From assembly GCF_006345805.1 (NCBI RefSeq), contig NC_042997.1, forward strand, positions 5,642,001 to 5,706,000: a stretch of DNA of 64,000 nucleotides. Direction: 5' to 3'. The notes below the pieces were generated by a model that was not told the origin of the DNA, searched no databases, and saw nothing but the letters and a program-made list of their open reading frames with translations. Origin of the DNA: Octopus sinensis (Eukaryota). This document shows, piece by piece, positions 42,614 through 55,852 of the stretch (the first letter of the stretch is position 1; the number at the start of each line of letters is the position of its first letter). The position numbers and the translations under genes were made by a program.

Positions 42614-43299
42614 ATATATATATGCATATATGTATATATATATATATGATTATATATATGAACACACAAATGCATACATTTGTATATTTTAAGAATGTAG
42701 CTAAAAAGACAAGAAAAACATAAATCTATGAATATGCAGAACATATAACACCTTCCTATCTACTGTATGAACTACCATTCATAACAAAACTCTAAAGTGT
42801 TAAATAATTCCCAGGAGAACATATCGGCGATCGATAAATTATCTCCTAGCTAATTTTCTTAAGATTAGAAATACACAATAAGAAAGAAGTATTACTTTTC
42901 TGATAAATAATAGCTTATCTAAATGTTTTCCTCTGCAAGCTTTCAATATCATTACTGGTTCTTTTTTAAAGGCTGATCAATTAGCACATCGAGAGAAAAA
43001 CGATAATTCTTTAATTCATACGTACATATATTCCGTCTTTGTATTTTCCTGGTGTTGTTGACAGTTATTTCACTTCGAAGAGTTTATAGATCTTTAATAT
43101 CTTGAATATGATTCTAAATATTTTAAATTAAGTTCGGCGTTGTGGAAGATATTGTTGTTATTTTGTTGAGGGTGTAATCGTGTTTCCTTTGTGTTATTAC
43201 TTTTGTTTAGTTCGTTTTCGTTGTTGTTGCTTGGGTGCAGGATGGTCCAGATCACATAACTAGTAGCATGATATGTTTTAGATATAAGACAGCGATCTG

Positions 43300-43425
43300 A
43301 GAAAATCATTAGCATTTCGTCTGTTTTTTCGTTCTGAGTTCAAATTCCGCTAAAGTCGACTTTCACTCTCGTCATTTTCGTGGTAAAATAAGCACCAATT
43401 AAGCACTGGCGTCAGCGTTATCAAT
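43300..43425 (+). mobile_element. Family B SINE fragment
   Basis: TTAGCATTTCGTCTG...TTCTGAGTTCAAATTCCGCTAAAGTCGACTTT. Confidence 0.75.
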
Positions 43426-44480
43426 TACCCACCACCACCAGTTCCGAAATTGCTGGCCCAGTTCCAAACTCTTAAATCCAAATCTGTTTTAGAACTGGTC
43501 CTAAAGGTTTTCTTTTTTCTGTTTTTCAAACATTTCCTTTTATTTCTGTATATCGCTGGCAGAGAGTTAAGTTGCAACACCAAATAAGTTCAAAATCACG
43601 TGCTAAGGTGGTTTCGACGCTGAAGATGGTGAAAATTTATTTCGCCGCAGGCGATTTAATCGAGAGTACAAATACAATATGAAAGTTTCCCTCACGACAT
43701 CTACCGCAGTATATTCTGTTCTAACAGAACATGTACATTTAATTGGGGATAAACATTATTTGACAGTATTAATACTGTCTCTATAGCTGATGTATATTTA
43801 TTTAATACGTCGATTCTTTTAGGAAAAATTAATGCGAGATTCACGAGGGATTTTCATTGCAATTAGTAACAAATCAAACGACATATAGAAATATGAGCTG
43901 TCTTGCAAATTTAGTTTATATCTTGAAAGTTAATGAATGTAATATAACTAATCTTACATTTGTTTCATTCAATGGAGTGCAAGCATGTTTGGGCAAAAAC
44001 TAGAATGTGCTTGCCGAACAAATCGACAAAAGTACATATTTCTGAAAGTCTGGTAGTTGTTCTGTCTCGTTTGTGGAATCAGTCGCTAAGTTACGAGGAT
44101 TTAGCAAACCACTACCGACTGTAAAGTGGTGGTGGGAAACAACCACAAAAAACACGCACACACACACACACACGCGCGCACACACATATACACACACTCA
44201 CTTTCTCTCTCTATCTCTCTCTCTCACTCTCTCTTACACACACACACACATATATGTTCATTAAGAAAAATATTGTTGTTAGTAACTTCAAAGTTTCTGT
44301 AAGCTACACCGATGTTATGAAAGCTGGCCGAAATTACGAAGTTCTTTTTAATATTCTTGTTAATGAATGATAAATTTACATTCTGCCAATCTTTTGATTA
44401 TAATATAAAAACCAACATATGTGTGTGTGTGTGTGTGTGCGTGCGTATATCTGTATGTATACATATATACTTGTGCATGT

Positions 44481-44512
<32 letters not shown>

Positions 44513-44620
44513 CGTGTGTGTGTGTGTGAATATCTTATATCTATCTATCTATCTATTACTCTCTCTCTCTCTGTATATTGTATATACATATATATATATA
44601 TATTTATTTATATAAAATAA

Positions 44621-44950
44621 AAGGGTAAAGACCCCCTTCGGTCATGAATGACCATGGGGAAGTTACCCTCCTAGAAAAGTCCGGGCAAGGTTGTTTATGG
44701 AGGACCAACAGTCGCCCAGCATACCAGCCTCCCCTCTCCACGCCACCAGTGTATCCAAGGGAAAGACAAAGGTCGATACAGCTTGCACCAGTGACGTCGC
44801 AACTCATTTCACAGCTGAGTGAACTGGAAGCAACGTGAATAATAAAGTGCCTTGCTCAAGAGAACACACAACACGCAGCCCGGTACGGGATTCGAGCTCA
44901 CAACCTCACGTCGTAAGCTCGACGCTCTAACCACTGAGCCATGCGCCTTC
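44621..44950 (-). mobile_element. tRNA-derived SINE, family D, full length
   Basis: Minus strand GAAGGCGCATGGCTCAGTGGTTAGAGCG (A-box TGGCTCAGTGG), GCTCGAATCC (B-box-like), central CTTGAGCAAGGCACTT domain. Confidence 0.92.
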
Positions 44951-44992
44951 ATATATTTATTTATGATATATTATATATATATATATTATATA

Positions 44993-45031
<39 letters not shown>

Positions 45032-45143
45032 AATATATATTATATATATAATATATATATATATATGTATATATGTATATTTGTATATATATATATGTAT
45101 ATATTTGTGTGTATATATATATATATACACCACACACACACAC

Positions 45144-45206
<63 letters not shown>

Positions 45207-45268
45207 TATATATACATATGTATATGCATGTATATATATATATATGTGTGTGTATGTGTATATATTTA

Positions 45269-45690
45269 CGAGCAGCTGCCCAAGAGAGACGTTCTTTCTT
45301 GAACAAGTCCTTTTGAGTTCAGGCTTCCGCCGCTAGTAGCCACTTGATATGACCTTTAGACATCAGTCTGCTGAGAGGCAACGTTCTAAACAGTCGTACT
45401 GCTACGTGGTTCGTCTTTGGTTTGTAGTGCTTTTCCCCTCTTCGTCGATCTTGCGATGGCTGAAACGAGGGAAGAACATGCTTCCGTGAAATTATGTTTT
45501 CTGCTGGGGAAAAGCGGTGACCGGAACAGTCATCGTGCTTCAATCAGTTTACACGACTCTGGCATAATCTTAAGAGTGTTTTCACGCTTTAGGAATGGTT
45601 AGGTGTCACTTGAAGACCAATATCATTCACGGCAATCATAGACCTCCCGAACGAATGAAAACATCACGAAAATTCATGAAATGAAAATGA
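45269..45690 (+). pseudogene. Tc1/mariner transposase 5' fragment
   Basis: Begins TA|CGAG. From ATG 45456: MAETREEHASVKLCFLLGKS...FSRFRNG*VSLEDQ...TSRTNENITKIHE, matching the mariner N-terminal HTH region (KFCF-LGK, F-RF-xG, sleD, TS-T-EN). Confidence 0.85.
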
Positions 45691-45890
45691 AATGACCCAA
45701 AATTTAACGAGTTTGTTGGTGTGTCATGCAGCGTAAAGTCTTTGATACATTGTAAAGTCTTTGTTTATATTGAGTTTAATGATAGTTCTTGAAAAAATTA
45801 CCTTGGAGGATTGAGATCCATGGGATTAAATCCGTGTTCTGTTTAATTTAATTAAGGATGTCTCGACGAGAACCAGTTTGAATTAATATA

Positions 45891-45924
<34 letters not shown>

Positions 45925-46051
45925 TTTTCAAAATATTGTATTGCGCCCATTTTCATAAAAATTTTCTTTCAATTTAGCATTCTGCCTTTTTATAATTTTT
46001 CCTTGCCTATCATTTCTCCACGTGCGGTCAACACCACCCTACCATTTATTG

Positions 46052-46089
<38 letters not shown>

Positions 46090-46456
46090 GTAAATAAATG
46101 GTACAACGAAGTACCGATATTTACTGGAAAATAGCGATCGTAGTAAATACGACGCTATTGTATAGCTTCACTGCGTATATACTAGTAAAGACGTGTGTGT
46201 GCAACGAACATGAAAAAAATTTGTCTTGCCTCTAGAAAGAACATTTGAAAAAGGAAAAACGCAGAAATGGATAATGCAGTACCGGTTTCAGACTCTTCAA
46301 ATACGTTTGCCAACGTAGATTTGATTTGTCTACATCAGCTGCATATACATTTCAAATGTTGCCACATCTATGCCAAGTATATGTATGTAATATATATATA
46401 TATATATTTATATATTTGCATATGTAATATATATTAATATTATATATATATAATGT

Positions 46457-46516
<60 letters not shown>

Positions 46517-46557
46517 TAATATATATGTATATATGAGAACAACAAACACACAGACAC

Positions 46558-46616
<59 letters not shown>

Positions 46617-47076
46617 TCAGTTATGGAAATCAGCTATATCGTTAGAAAAATAAAAGTGTAGATGTCATAATGTATCGCTAATCTAGTACCCAAGTACTCA
46701 AGATAGAGTTTGGGGTTCATACCTATCATAATGGACCAACAGGGTACATAGAAACCCATCTCGAATAATGTATGGTTGAACTGGGTATTTTGGAAAGATC
46801 TCGCAGATCCTTATAAATGATCAAGTTATCTTGGAGTATGAAAACGTGTAAGACTTTCTTAAAGTTAAAAAAAAAAAATGATGAACAAAGCAAGACGGTA
46901 CCAAATAGGAGAGCGGTTAAAATTAAATCTAATTAATACATCCATATAAATATATATATATATGGGTTGTTGTGTGTTTATATGTGAATGTGTGTGTGTC
47001 TCTGTGAGTCTCTTTGTGCTCACACATTCATGCATTGATGTGAGATCAATTCATTTTAGAAACGACATATACATTT

Positions 47077-48213
47077 AGGTATGCACTTTCATAGCAAGTG
47101 ACCCGATCTGAAATCGTGTGCTGGAACGAAAACAATTGCAGCGTGGAAGGTGTTTATAAGCCATTTAAGAAACATTCAAAATCCGTTAGATTCACTTCAG
47201 CATTTAAATTTCATTTGTCAAAATGATTTTGTCACTTCGAGACCGAGACCTCTTCACTGAAAATTCCGTGCAACATCTGAAAAATAACAGTTAGTTAATG
47301 GTATATGTGTATGTATGCATGTATGTATATATGTATATATGTATGTATGTATTTGCGTATGTATGTGTGTACATGTATGTGCGTATGCATATGTGTACAT
47401 GCGTATGCATGTGTACATGCGTATGCATGTGTGCATGTCTATACACATGTATTATGTATGCATCTATGTGATGATTTACGTATGTACTTATCTATGTATG
47501 TATTTAGGTAAATGTGTAGACGTGTTTTGGCGTGTGTACATGTGTATGCACATGTGAACGTATGTTTGTGTACCGATATGTGTTTGTTCAAGTTGTATAC
47601 ATGACTAGTACTTTGTTGAAGGTTGTATACACACGATAGTATATATATATATATATAATATATATATATTATATGTGTGGTGTGGTGTGTGTGTGTCTAT
47701 ATAGATGTATATGTGAGTGTATACAATCTTCAACAAAGTAACAATCATGTATACAACTTGAACACACACATATCAGAACATAAACATACGTTCACATATA
47801 CATACACATGTACACACACACAGACACGCCTACACATTTCCGTAAATACACACATACATACATATGTACATACGTACATACTGACATAATACATACATAC
47901 ATATATACATGCCTATAGACATGCACACATGCATACGCACATACATACATACGCACATACATACATACATACATACATACATACATACATACATACACAC
48001 ATGCATGCATACATACACACATACATACATACGTACATATATATCATGAACTAACAGTTACTTTCTCAGATGCAGCACGGAATTTTGTCAGTGAATAGGT
48101 CGCGGTCTCCAAGCGACGAATATATTTTGAGAAATTAAATTTAAATGTTGAAGTGAATCTAACGGATTTTGTATGTTTCTTAGATGGCTTATTAACACCT
48201 TCCACGCTGTAAT
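47077..48213. mobile_element. MITE-like foldback element (family E), ~500-bp inverted arms around a TA/TG centre
   Basis: 47135-47640 is the imperfect reverse complement of 47714-48213, including unique segments (TTCAAGTTGTATACATGA vs TCATGTATACAACTTGAA; TAAATGTGTAGACGTG vs CACGCCTACACATTT). Confidence 0.88.
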
Positions 48214-48467
48214 ATACATATGTCTAGCTAGAAAGTTACATGGAAGTTTATCAAATGATAATACACAGCTTTCAAAAGATTTCCGTTTTTGTTTTTTGAA
48301 ATGGGTTGACAGAATTTTCACTAGACATATTCTTATGAAAGAAGACAATACGACAATAATGGCAAACGTGAGGCCATAAAATTGCACATACGCAGTACAT
48401 TGTTGACTAGTAACCTTCTTAAAAAAACTTGAATTTTTCAATATAATATATGATATATCTATCAACA

Positions 48468-48501
<34 letters not shown>

Positions 48502-48502
48502 C

Positions 48503-48536
<34 letters not shown>

Positions 48537-48717
48537 ATATAATATATATATATACACATACACACGCACACACACACATAGATATATAAGTATATATATA
48601 CACACACATACACACGCGAACACACGCTCGCCCTCCCGCACATACATGTGCACTCACGCACTCACAAACACCCATATTTATATATATATATATACTATTC
48701 AGCAGAATTCATTATTG

Positions 48718-48770
<53 letters not shown>

Positions 48771-48780
48771 ATATATATAT

Positions 48781-49855
48781 CTCGACCAACATGTGTCCCC
48801 GCTACCGAAACGGAAGTATTCTACGCCAGCTATGTGTTGTTGTGTTTTTGTCTCATTTGGTCTAAAGTCGTATGACAACCATCGTTATATATGTTTTGTT
48901 ATTCATTACTGTTTTCAATTTCGTTGTCGTCTTGTATTCACATCCGTCTTGTGCGTTCACATCCTGTCTTCTACCAAGAAATCTAATGCTTACAGCGCTT
49001 AGTTTTTTTCTTGGGGGGGCCGAGTTGGAGCAAAATAAGAATGAAACAGCCGAAATTTGCTATGATGATCGGTGTCTGGACTGAAGATTGAAGGCTTCGA
49101 AGATTTGTCTGTGTTCGTGTTCGTCCCTTCCTGTATTTCACGTTCATTATATATAAAAACATTAATTCTTATATTATTGCGGCGTTACGTGCACCCCCGT
49201 TTGTTTGTCCAATTTTAACCCTGCACGACTTCTATACACACTGTCTTTACTACCCGCCATTGCTCTTTCACCAAAATTTTTGGCGCCCTCGATTCTTCCC
49301 CTCTTCTTCCTCCCCTTCCTCCCATCCTCCTTAATCCCTTCTTCTCCTTTTCTCTTGGTCACTGATTCTGTCCCCTGCCTTCCAGCCTCTTTGATTCCTC
49401 TCTCTCTGTCTCTTTTTTCTCTCTCCTGCGACCTGCTGCTTCTAAACCATTTGTTGGCCTTCGGATCTCGACCACATGGTCCCCGCTACCGAAACGGTAA
49501 TTATTTCTACGCCAGCTATGTTGTTGTGTGTTTTTGTCTCATTGGTCTAAAGTCGTATGACAACCATCGTTATATATGTTTTGTTATTCATTACTGTTTT
49601 CAATTTCGTTTTCTCTCTTGTATTCACATCCGTCTTGTGCGTTCACATTCCGTCTTCTACCAAGAAATCTAATGCTTACAGCTTAGTTTTTTTCTTGGGG
49701 CTGGCCGAGTTGGAGCAAATATCAGAATTGAAACAGCCGAAATTTGCTATGATGATTCGTTGTCTGACTGAAGATTGAAGGCTTCGAATGATTTGTCTGT
49801 GTTCCGTGTTCGTCCCTTCTGTATTTCACGTTCATTATATATAAAAACATTCATT

Positions 49856-49860
<5 letters not shown>
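48781..49860 (+). mobile_element. Direct repeat-spacer-direct repeat unit (~395 + ~290 + ~395 bp), PLE-tail/retrozyme-like
   Basis: 48781-49176 and 49467-49860 are near-identical with period 686-687. Unique pyrimidine-rich spacer; (TA)n on both outer sides. Confidence 0.85.
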
Positions 49861-49892
<32 letters not shown>

Positions 49893-50945
49893 ATTCATGG
49901 ATGCAATTATATTTTAATGCTCTTAAACTCTCAAAATTGTTATTAATTCTTTAAAAGATCATAAAAGTTTATGGTTTATTTCTTAATTTAATAATTATAA
50001 TTTCCTTTTTCAGAACAAAAAATAATTTTATTTCCTCTTATACTCTTATACTTCATAGTATTGTCCTTGTTGTAGGTTAATTGGATTACATGTAATACGA
50101 CGTGGTCTTCAGATATAAAAAAGAATACCAATTCTTCATTCAAGACCGTGAATGAACGATAAGTAGAGAATAAATACCATGCGCGATAGTGGACACGATA
50201 TACATACATAAGCACATATATACTCATACACACACACGCTCTCGCATACGCACACACACACGTACATACACGGGCGCACACACGCACATACAAGGGCGCA
50301 CACACACAGAGATTCACACACACACATATATATGTATGTACAAAACACGTAATGTTAGGAAATGATAGGTGAATATGTATATGCATTTATCTAACCACGC
50401 GTTTTCTACCGTTTTGTAACCTTCTTCATGTAGTTTTGATACACACGCACACATACATACATGCACACATATATATAGAAAAAATTAATGGTATGAAACA
50501 TAGAGAACATGTGATGCAAAGAACAATAAAGGAAACAAAAATAATTGAAACGCGTAGATACAGAGAAAACTAAAAAAAAAAAAGGGTGAAATTGCGAAGT
50601 GGAATATAAAAAGAAAGAAATAGCCATTGAGAGATGATACTAGAAAGTATATGTGCAAAATCAATATTTGCCAAGAAGCCTAGAAAAAGAGAATCGCAGA
50701 AGAAAGTATGTTGTGAGAAAAAAATGTATTCGGAATACGAACCACGCTGAAGAAGGCGACCGCTTACACCGCAGAGGAGTTAAAGTGTTGGGGAAAGGGA
50801 AATGAAAAGTGTGTGGCGAATGAGAAAGAGATAAAACATGAAATAAGGGTATGTGATAGACACTCTGATGAACTTCAAGATCAACGTTTAGATGGGCTAC
50901 TGAAGTTTCATCCACAAAAAATTAATTGGAAGCGTATGTTTATAC

Positions 50946-51178
50946 CTATTTCTTTATTACCCACAAGGGGCTAAAGATAGAGGGGACAAACAAGAACATA
51001 CATATGTATTAAGTCGATTACATCGACCCCAGTACGTAACTGGTACTTAATTCATCGACCCAGAAAGGATGAAAGGCAAAGTTGACTCGGCGGAATTTGA
51101 ACCCGGAACGTAATGGCAGATTAAATACGGCTACGCATTTCGCCCAGCGTGCTAAACGTTTCTGCCAGCTCGCCGCCT
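50946..51178 (-). mobile_element. tRNA-derived SINE, family B, full length
   Basis: Collinear with 39243-39474. Confidence 0.92.
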
Positions 51179-51673
51179 ATTTATACCACAGGCATGTGCA
51201 CTATGAAACCATTTCTCAGCTGAATCAGTTTGGCAGGAATTGACAAGGATATGTCATTGAATTACTAGCAGAATTCAGAAAACGAAAGAGGAAAGGGGAG
51301 AGAAAGAGAGAGAAAGACAAAGAACATATGTAAGAGAAGTAGAAATGAAAGAATCCTAGTACTCAGGTGGTTCTTTGTTTCAACTCAGAATGAATGACCG
51401 CGATGACATTTGCGTTCTAGACGCAGTGAAGGAACTTATTCAGTAAATTATTCTATCTGCCACTCTAATGATGCGCCAAATCACCACCTTAATAACTTAA
51501 TTATCTTCGTGTGTATTTCTCTGTCTAACTTCTTTCTCTCTCTCTCTCTTTCCCTATCTCTCCCTCTTTATCTCCTTGTGTGCATGTATCTGTGTATGTA
51601 TGTATGTATGTATGTATGTAGTATGTATGTATGTATGTATGCATGTATGTATGCATGGATGTATGAATGTCAT

Positions 51674-52105
51674 TACTCTTTTTACTCTTTTACTTGTTTC
51701 AGTCATTTGACTGCGGCCATGCTGGAGCACCGCATTTAGTCGAGCAAATCGACCCCGGGACTTATTCTTTGTAAGCCCAGTACTTATTCTATCGGTCTCC
51801 TTTTGCCGAACCGCTAAGTAACGGGGACGTAAACACACCAGCATCGGTTGTCAAGCAATGCTAGGGGGACAAACACAGACAACACAAACATACACACACA
51901 CCACACACACACCCACACACACATATATATATATACATATATACGACAGGCTTCTTTCAGTTTCCGTCTACCAAATCCCCTCACAAGGCATTGGTCGGCC
52001 CGAGGCTAAGCAGAGAACACTTGCCCAAGATGCCACGCAGTGGGACTGAACCCTGAACCATGTGGTTGGTTAGCAAGCTACTTACCACACATCCACTCCT
52101 GCGCC
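51674..52105 (-). mobile_element. tRNA-derived SINE, family A, full length
   Basis: Minus strand GGCGCAGGAGTGGATGTGTGGTAAG head, GGTTCAGGGTTCAGTCCC B-box region, internal TG/TA tract, tail AAGTAAAAGAGTAAAAAGAGTA. Confidence 0.93.
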
Positions 52106-52496
52106 TATTCACCTTATTTCAAGATTTATTGTCAACAGAGAAAGAGCTGGTTTCTAACATAGACTTCTTCTTTGGAATTTTCACATCAGTAACATGGTAT
52201 TTTTGTTTGTAGCTAATCGTGCATCTTTATATGTTTTGTTTTTCTTCTCATGCATATACTTGCATATCTAGATATGCTTAAATGATATACTTAACTTATA
52301 TATTTGATGTATGCATGTATTATGTATGCATATATGTATTTAACCATGCATGTATTAGTGTGTGTATGTATGTATATGTGTGTGTTTGTATGTAGGTATG
52401 CATGCATTATGTGTGTATGTATGCATGTATGCATGTATGTAGTATATATATATGTTTGTATGTATGTATGCACGTATGTTTGTATACATCCATGTA

Positions 52497-52590
52497 TGCA
52501 TATGTGCAGATTTATATGCATGTATGTATGCATATGTGCAGATTTGTATGCATGTATGTATGCATATGTGCAGATTTGTATGCATGTGTG
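52497..52590. repeat. 32-bp minisatellite, 3 copies
   Basis: TGCATATGTGCAGATTTGTATGCATGTATGTA-like units start at 52497, 52529 and 52561. Confidence 0.9.
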
Positions 52591-52741
52591 CATACACATT
52601 GCATATTTGTATGTTTTTCTTTATGTATGTATTCTCATACATATAACTGCATATCTAGACCTGATCATATATATTTAAATATATTGAACGTTTTACAGAT
52701 ACTTACGGTTCCAGTGATGGACTGGATCTGTAGTCTTCAAA

Positions 52742-53460
52742 TTAGCTTTCCCCTTTCTGGTTCTCAAGATTGGTATTTATGATGTGTATTACATATACCA
52801 GTGCCACAATATTTACTAGTATAAACATGAACTTGTAATCTACATACAGTAACTGCAGATTTCTCAATTGTCCAGTGTAGGTATTCTCTTTTTCACTGAG
52901 CTTCAGCGATATGTTAACATCCGCTGAGCAGCTAATTTTCACAACTGTACACAGTTTCTCTTCGTCATCCCAAATCAGTACATCACACGTTCGCTGTGCT
53001 TACATTTTACTTAGGTTTTCACTGGGACATTCCACCAGTACTCTTTTTTAATTATGTGTGGCTATGTCTTCTACCATATTGAGGGTTCTTATTTCATTGT
53101 CCTCGTGGTTATCATTCCGACAGATTTCATTACAGAATTTCTTTGCTACAACATTGTATCTCATTGGTAGTAATACCGTAGTGACATTTTCAGACAACTG
53201 CATATGATAAGGGTGATATCTTTGGTATTAACTCCACAAAGTCTTAATAGGTTGTCACAGTTTACTGTTCTTCCTGCATATCTATCCATTTTTGTGTATC
53301 AGGTACTTGGTTGAAATTTCCTGTTCTTGGATTATAAACGTATAACCTTAAAAGTGGGAGATAATAATCCGGCTACTGGTTCATGATAATCTGCTTTGGT
53401 GACCGATATTACAATCATTGTGACGCTTTTTACTAACATATCAATGCATATTCTTCTGCT
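52742..53460 (-). pseudogene. R4/Dong-type (RLE-bearing) non-LTR retrotransposon C-terminal relic
   Basis: Minus-strand broken frames: LRLCGVNTKDITLIICSCLKMS / LLPMRYNVVAK (decayed CCHC knuckle and RHN motif), and CDVLIWDDEEKLCTVVKISCSADVNISLKLSEKENTY...IVAL (PD..D...EK.xY...GAL restriction-like endonuclease pattern). Confidence 0.72.
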
Positions 53461-53959
53461 CATAGAGGCTTATATATTCATACGATGATACATTGCAGTA
53501 GAGTCGTGCGAATTCCTTCGGCACGTATTGTATGTTATCAAAGAATGCTGCTGAAGGAGCTGCCTTCTAAGTCTTATGTTGTTATCAGCCTCATGTATGC
53601 AAACTTGTTCAAGGGATGCACTTCGGCACTGTATATAATTATGTGTGTATATGTGAGTATGTGGATGTAAGTCTGTATATTCAAATGCACACATGCATAT
53701 ATACACGCATATGTACACATATAGATAACTGCATAGTATATTAATACATATCTGTCCATACAAGCACACATATATGCATACACACACACGCATGTTATAT
53801 ATATATACACACATACACGTTAATACTTTCGTACACATTCCCTTCGCTATTTACATACGTTTGTTCTTGCGTCGTGTGTGTAGATATGTAGTTGTAAGTA
53901 TATATATATACAGTGTCAATAACAGACAACGAGACATAGAATAGAGATAGAAGAAAGTG

Positions 53960-54500
53960 CGTGAAAGAAATAGTATATTGCTGTTCTCAATACATATGTG
54001 AAGTTGAAATGCGCCTGACGGTTTCCTACACATCTTAGCTTATATCCGATGACAACAAATAAAGTATTACTAAACACCCTGGTATCCTGACCTTTTCTGC
54101 AAAGCTTCCATTACATCGATATATTTAAATGGGTTGCAGTATTTTCCAAGTGCGAAATATAACGTGTATCAGTATTGGGTCTTCTAAATAGTGTCATGCT
54201 GGTCAGAATTCGTATCTAACGTTCGATTTAAATTTCCAGAGAAGATAAACTAGCTTCTGAGAATCATTGCATGCAGAATGGAATTAATATATAAAGATGT
54301 CAAAACGAGAATATGAAGGAGAAAATGGATGATATTGTGAACTTGCTGTAACCAGAACTTTAAATGATGCGTTGAAAATATCTACAAACAGTATTGTTAA
54401 AGCGAGGCAATAACCGGAATATTTAATTGTCAATATGAACACACTTTGGTGAGCAACGTGTATTGAACCAAAGCATTCAATAAGCTTATTATATGAAAAG
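53960..54500 (-). pseudogene. Possible heavily decayed RT core of the same RLE element
   Basis: Minus strand ACCCATTTAAATATATCGATGTAATGGAAGCTTTGC (about 54099-54134) can be read across frameshifts as a THLxYIDxxKL-like motif; the position is compatible with the downstream relic. Confidence 0.3.
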
Positions 54501-54960
54501 ATCATTTCAGCTTTCTTGCATGACTAATGTCCTTGATACAGAATTTAATGTCACAACTCCTCCATTTACCACCGAACACAAATCATTATCTTTCATACCT
54601 CAAATTTGGCTGATTATAGCTAATCATTTAGGGAGAAGTGCGATCCACCAAAACTGACTTACGCATATCAAACAACGTTATTGAAACAATTTTAGTGGTA
54701 TTCTATAACACAACACTATTTTGGGATACATCCTGCAATAGCAACTCTGAGAAATTTTATGTTTGTATATGTAAAGACGAGGGTGATTCGTTAATAACTT
54801 GTGATTATATGCTATAACACTCGTGTTGAATGATGCATATTCGTTAATAAAATAAGTAAACATACAATATATGGCTGCATTTAGTGTTGGATCTAATTGA
54901 TTTTCTGTTCTATGTTTAAGACATGATGAATTATGTACGTTATTTATATTATTTATATTC

Positions 54961-55250
<290 letters not shown>

Positions 55251-55305
55251 CCAAGCTACTAACCCCAAGATTCCGAGTTCGATTCCAGGCAATGACCTGA
55301 ATAAT

Positions 55306-55345
<40 letters not shown>

Positions 55346-55347
55346 GC

Positions 55348-55379
<32 letters not shown>

Positions 55380-55570
55380 AAACAACAAAAACAACAACAA
55401 CAACAACAACAACGATAATAATAGCAACATCGAAAAATACCTTAGGAATGAGAACCCAGATTCGAAATTTCACCAAGACACCTGATGAAGGCTGGAGGGT
55501 ATATCAGCCGAAACGTTGTGTCAATAATAAACAAAATGAGGTCAAATATCTGTCAAATGTAACTAATATA
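55251..55570 (+). mobile_element. Plus-strand copy of tRNA-head/HHR element: B-box + (AAC)n + HHR tail
   Basis: GAGTTCGATTCC (B-box) at 55275-55286, (AAC)n at 55301-55412, tail containing the HHR. Confidence 0.85.
55477..55522 (+). ncRNA. Type I minimal hammerhead ribozyme with intact core
   Basis: Stem I GACAC/GTGTC; core CTGATGA plus an extra A; stem II GGCTG/CAGCC; GAAA; palindromic ACGT stem III; GUU cleavage triplet (predicted cut after 55517). Confidence 0.88.
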
Positions 55571-55697
55571 AATAATGCAATTTTTTTTCATTAGTAATTT
55601 GCACTAATATAATTGCAACATAAATGTTAATGTTGAAATGATTAAGCAAAAGCGATAAATATCGGTTTCGAATTTTGTCCCAACGTATATGGTTTGT

Positions 55698-55852
55698 GGG
55701 AGGGTCGATTCGATTAGATCGGTCCAAAACTGGTACTTGAAAGAATGAAAGCAAAATCGACCTCGGTGGAATATTATCGTAGAACGTAATTCCGGACGAA
55801 ATGCCAATAAGCATTTTGCTCACGTACTAACGGTACGGCCAGCTCACCGCCT
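55698..55852 (-). mobile_element. Degenerate family B SINE
   Basis: GGTCGATTCGATT...AACTGGTACTT GAAAGAATGAAAGCAAAATCGACCTCGG...GCCAGCTCACCGCCT. Confidence 0.75.

Noticed and set aside
52701-52706. ACTTAC (minus-strand GTAAGT donor) suggesting a host exon above it
   Set aside because: The adjacent sequence is the stop-riddled RLE retrotransposon relic, not an open exon.
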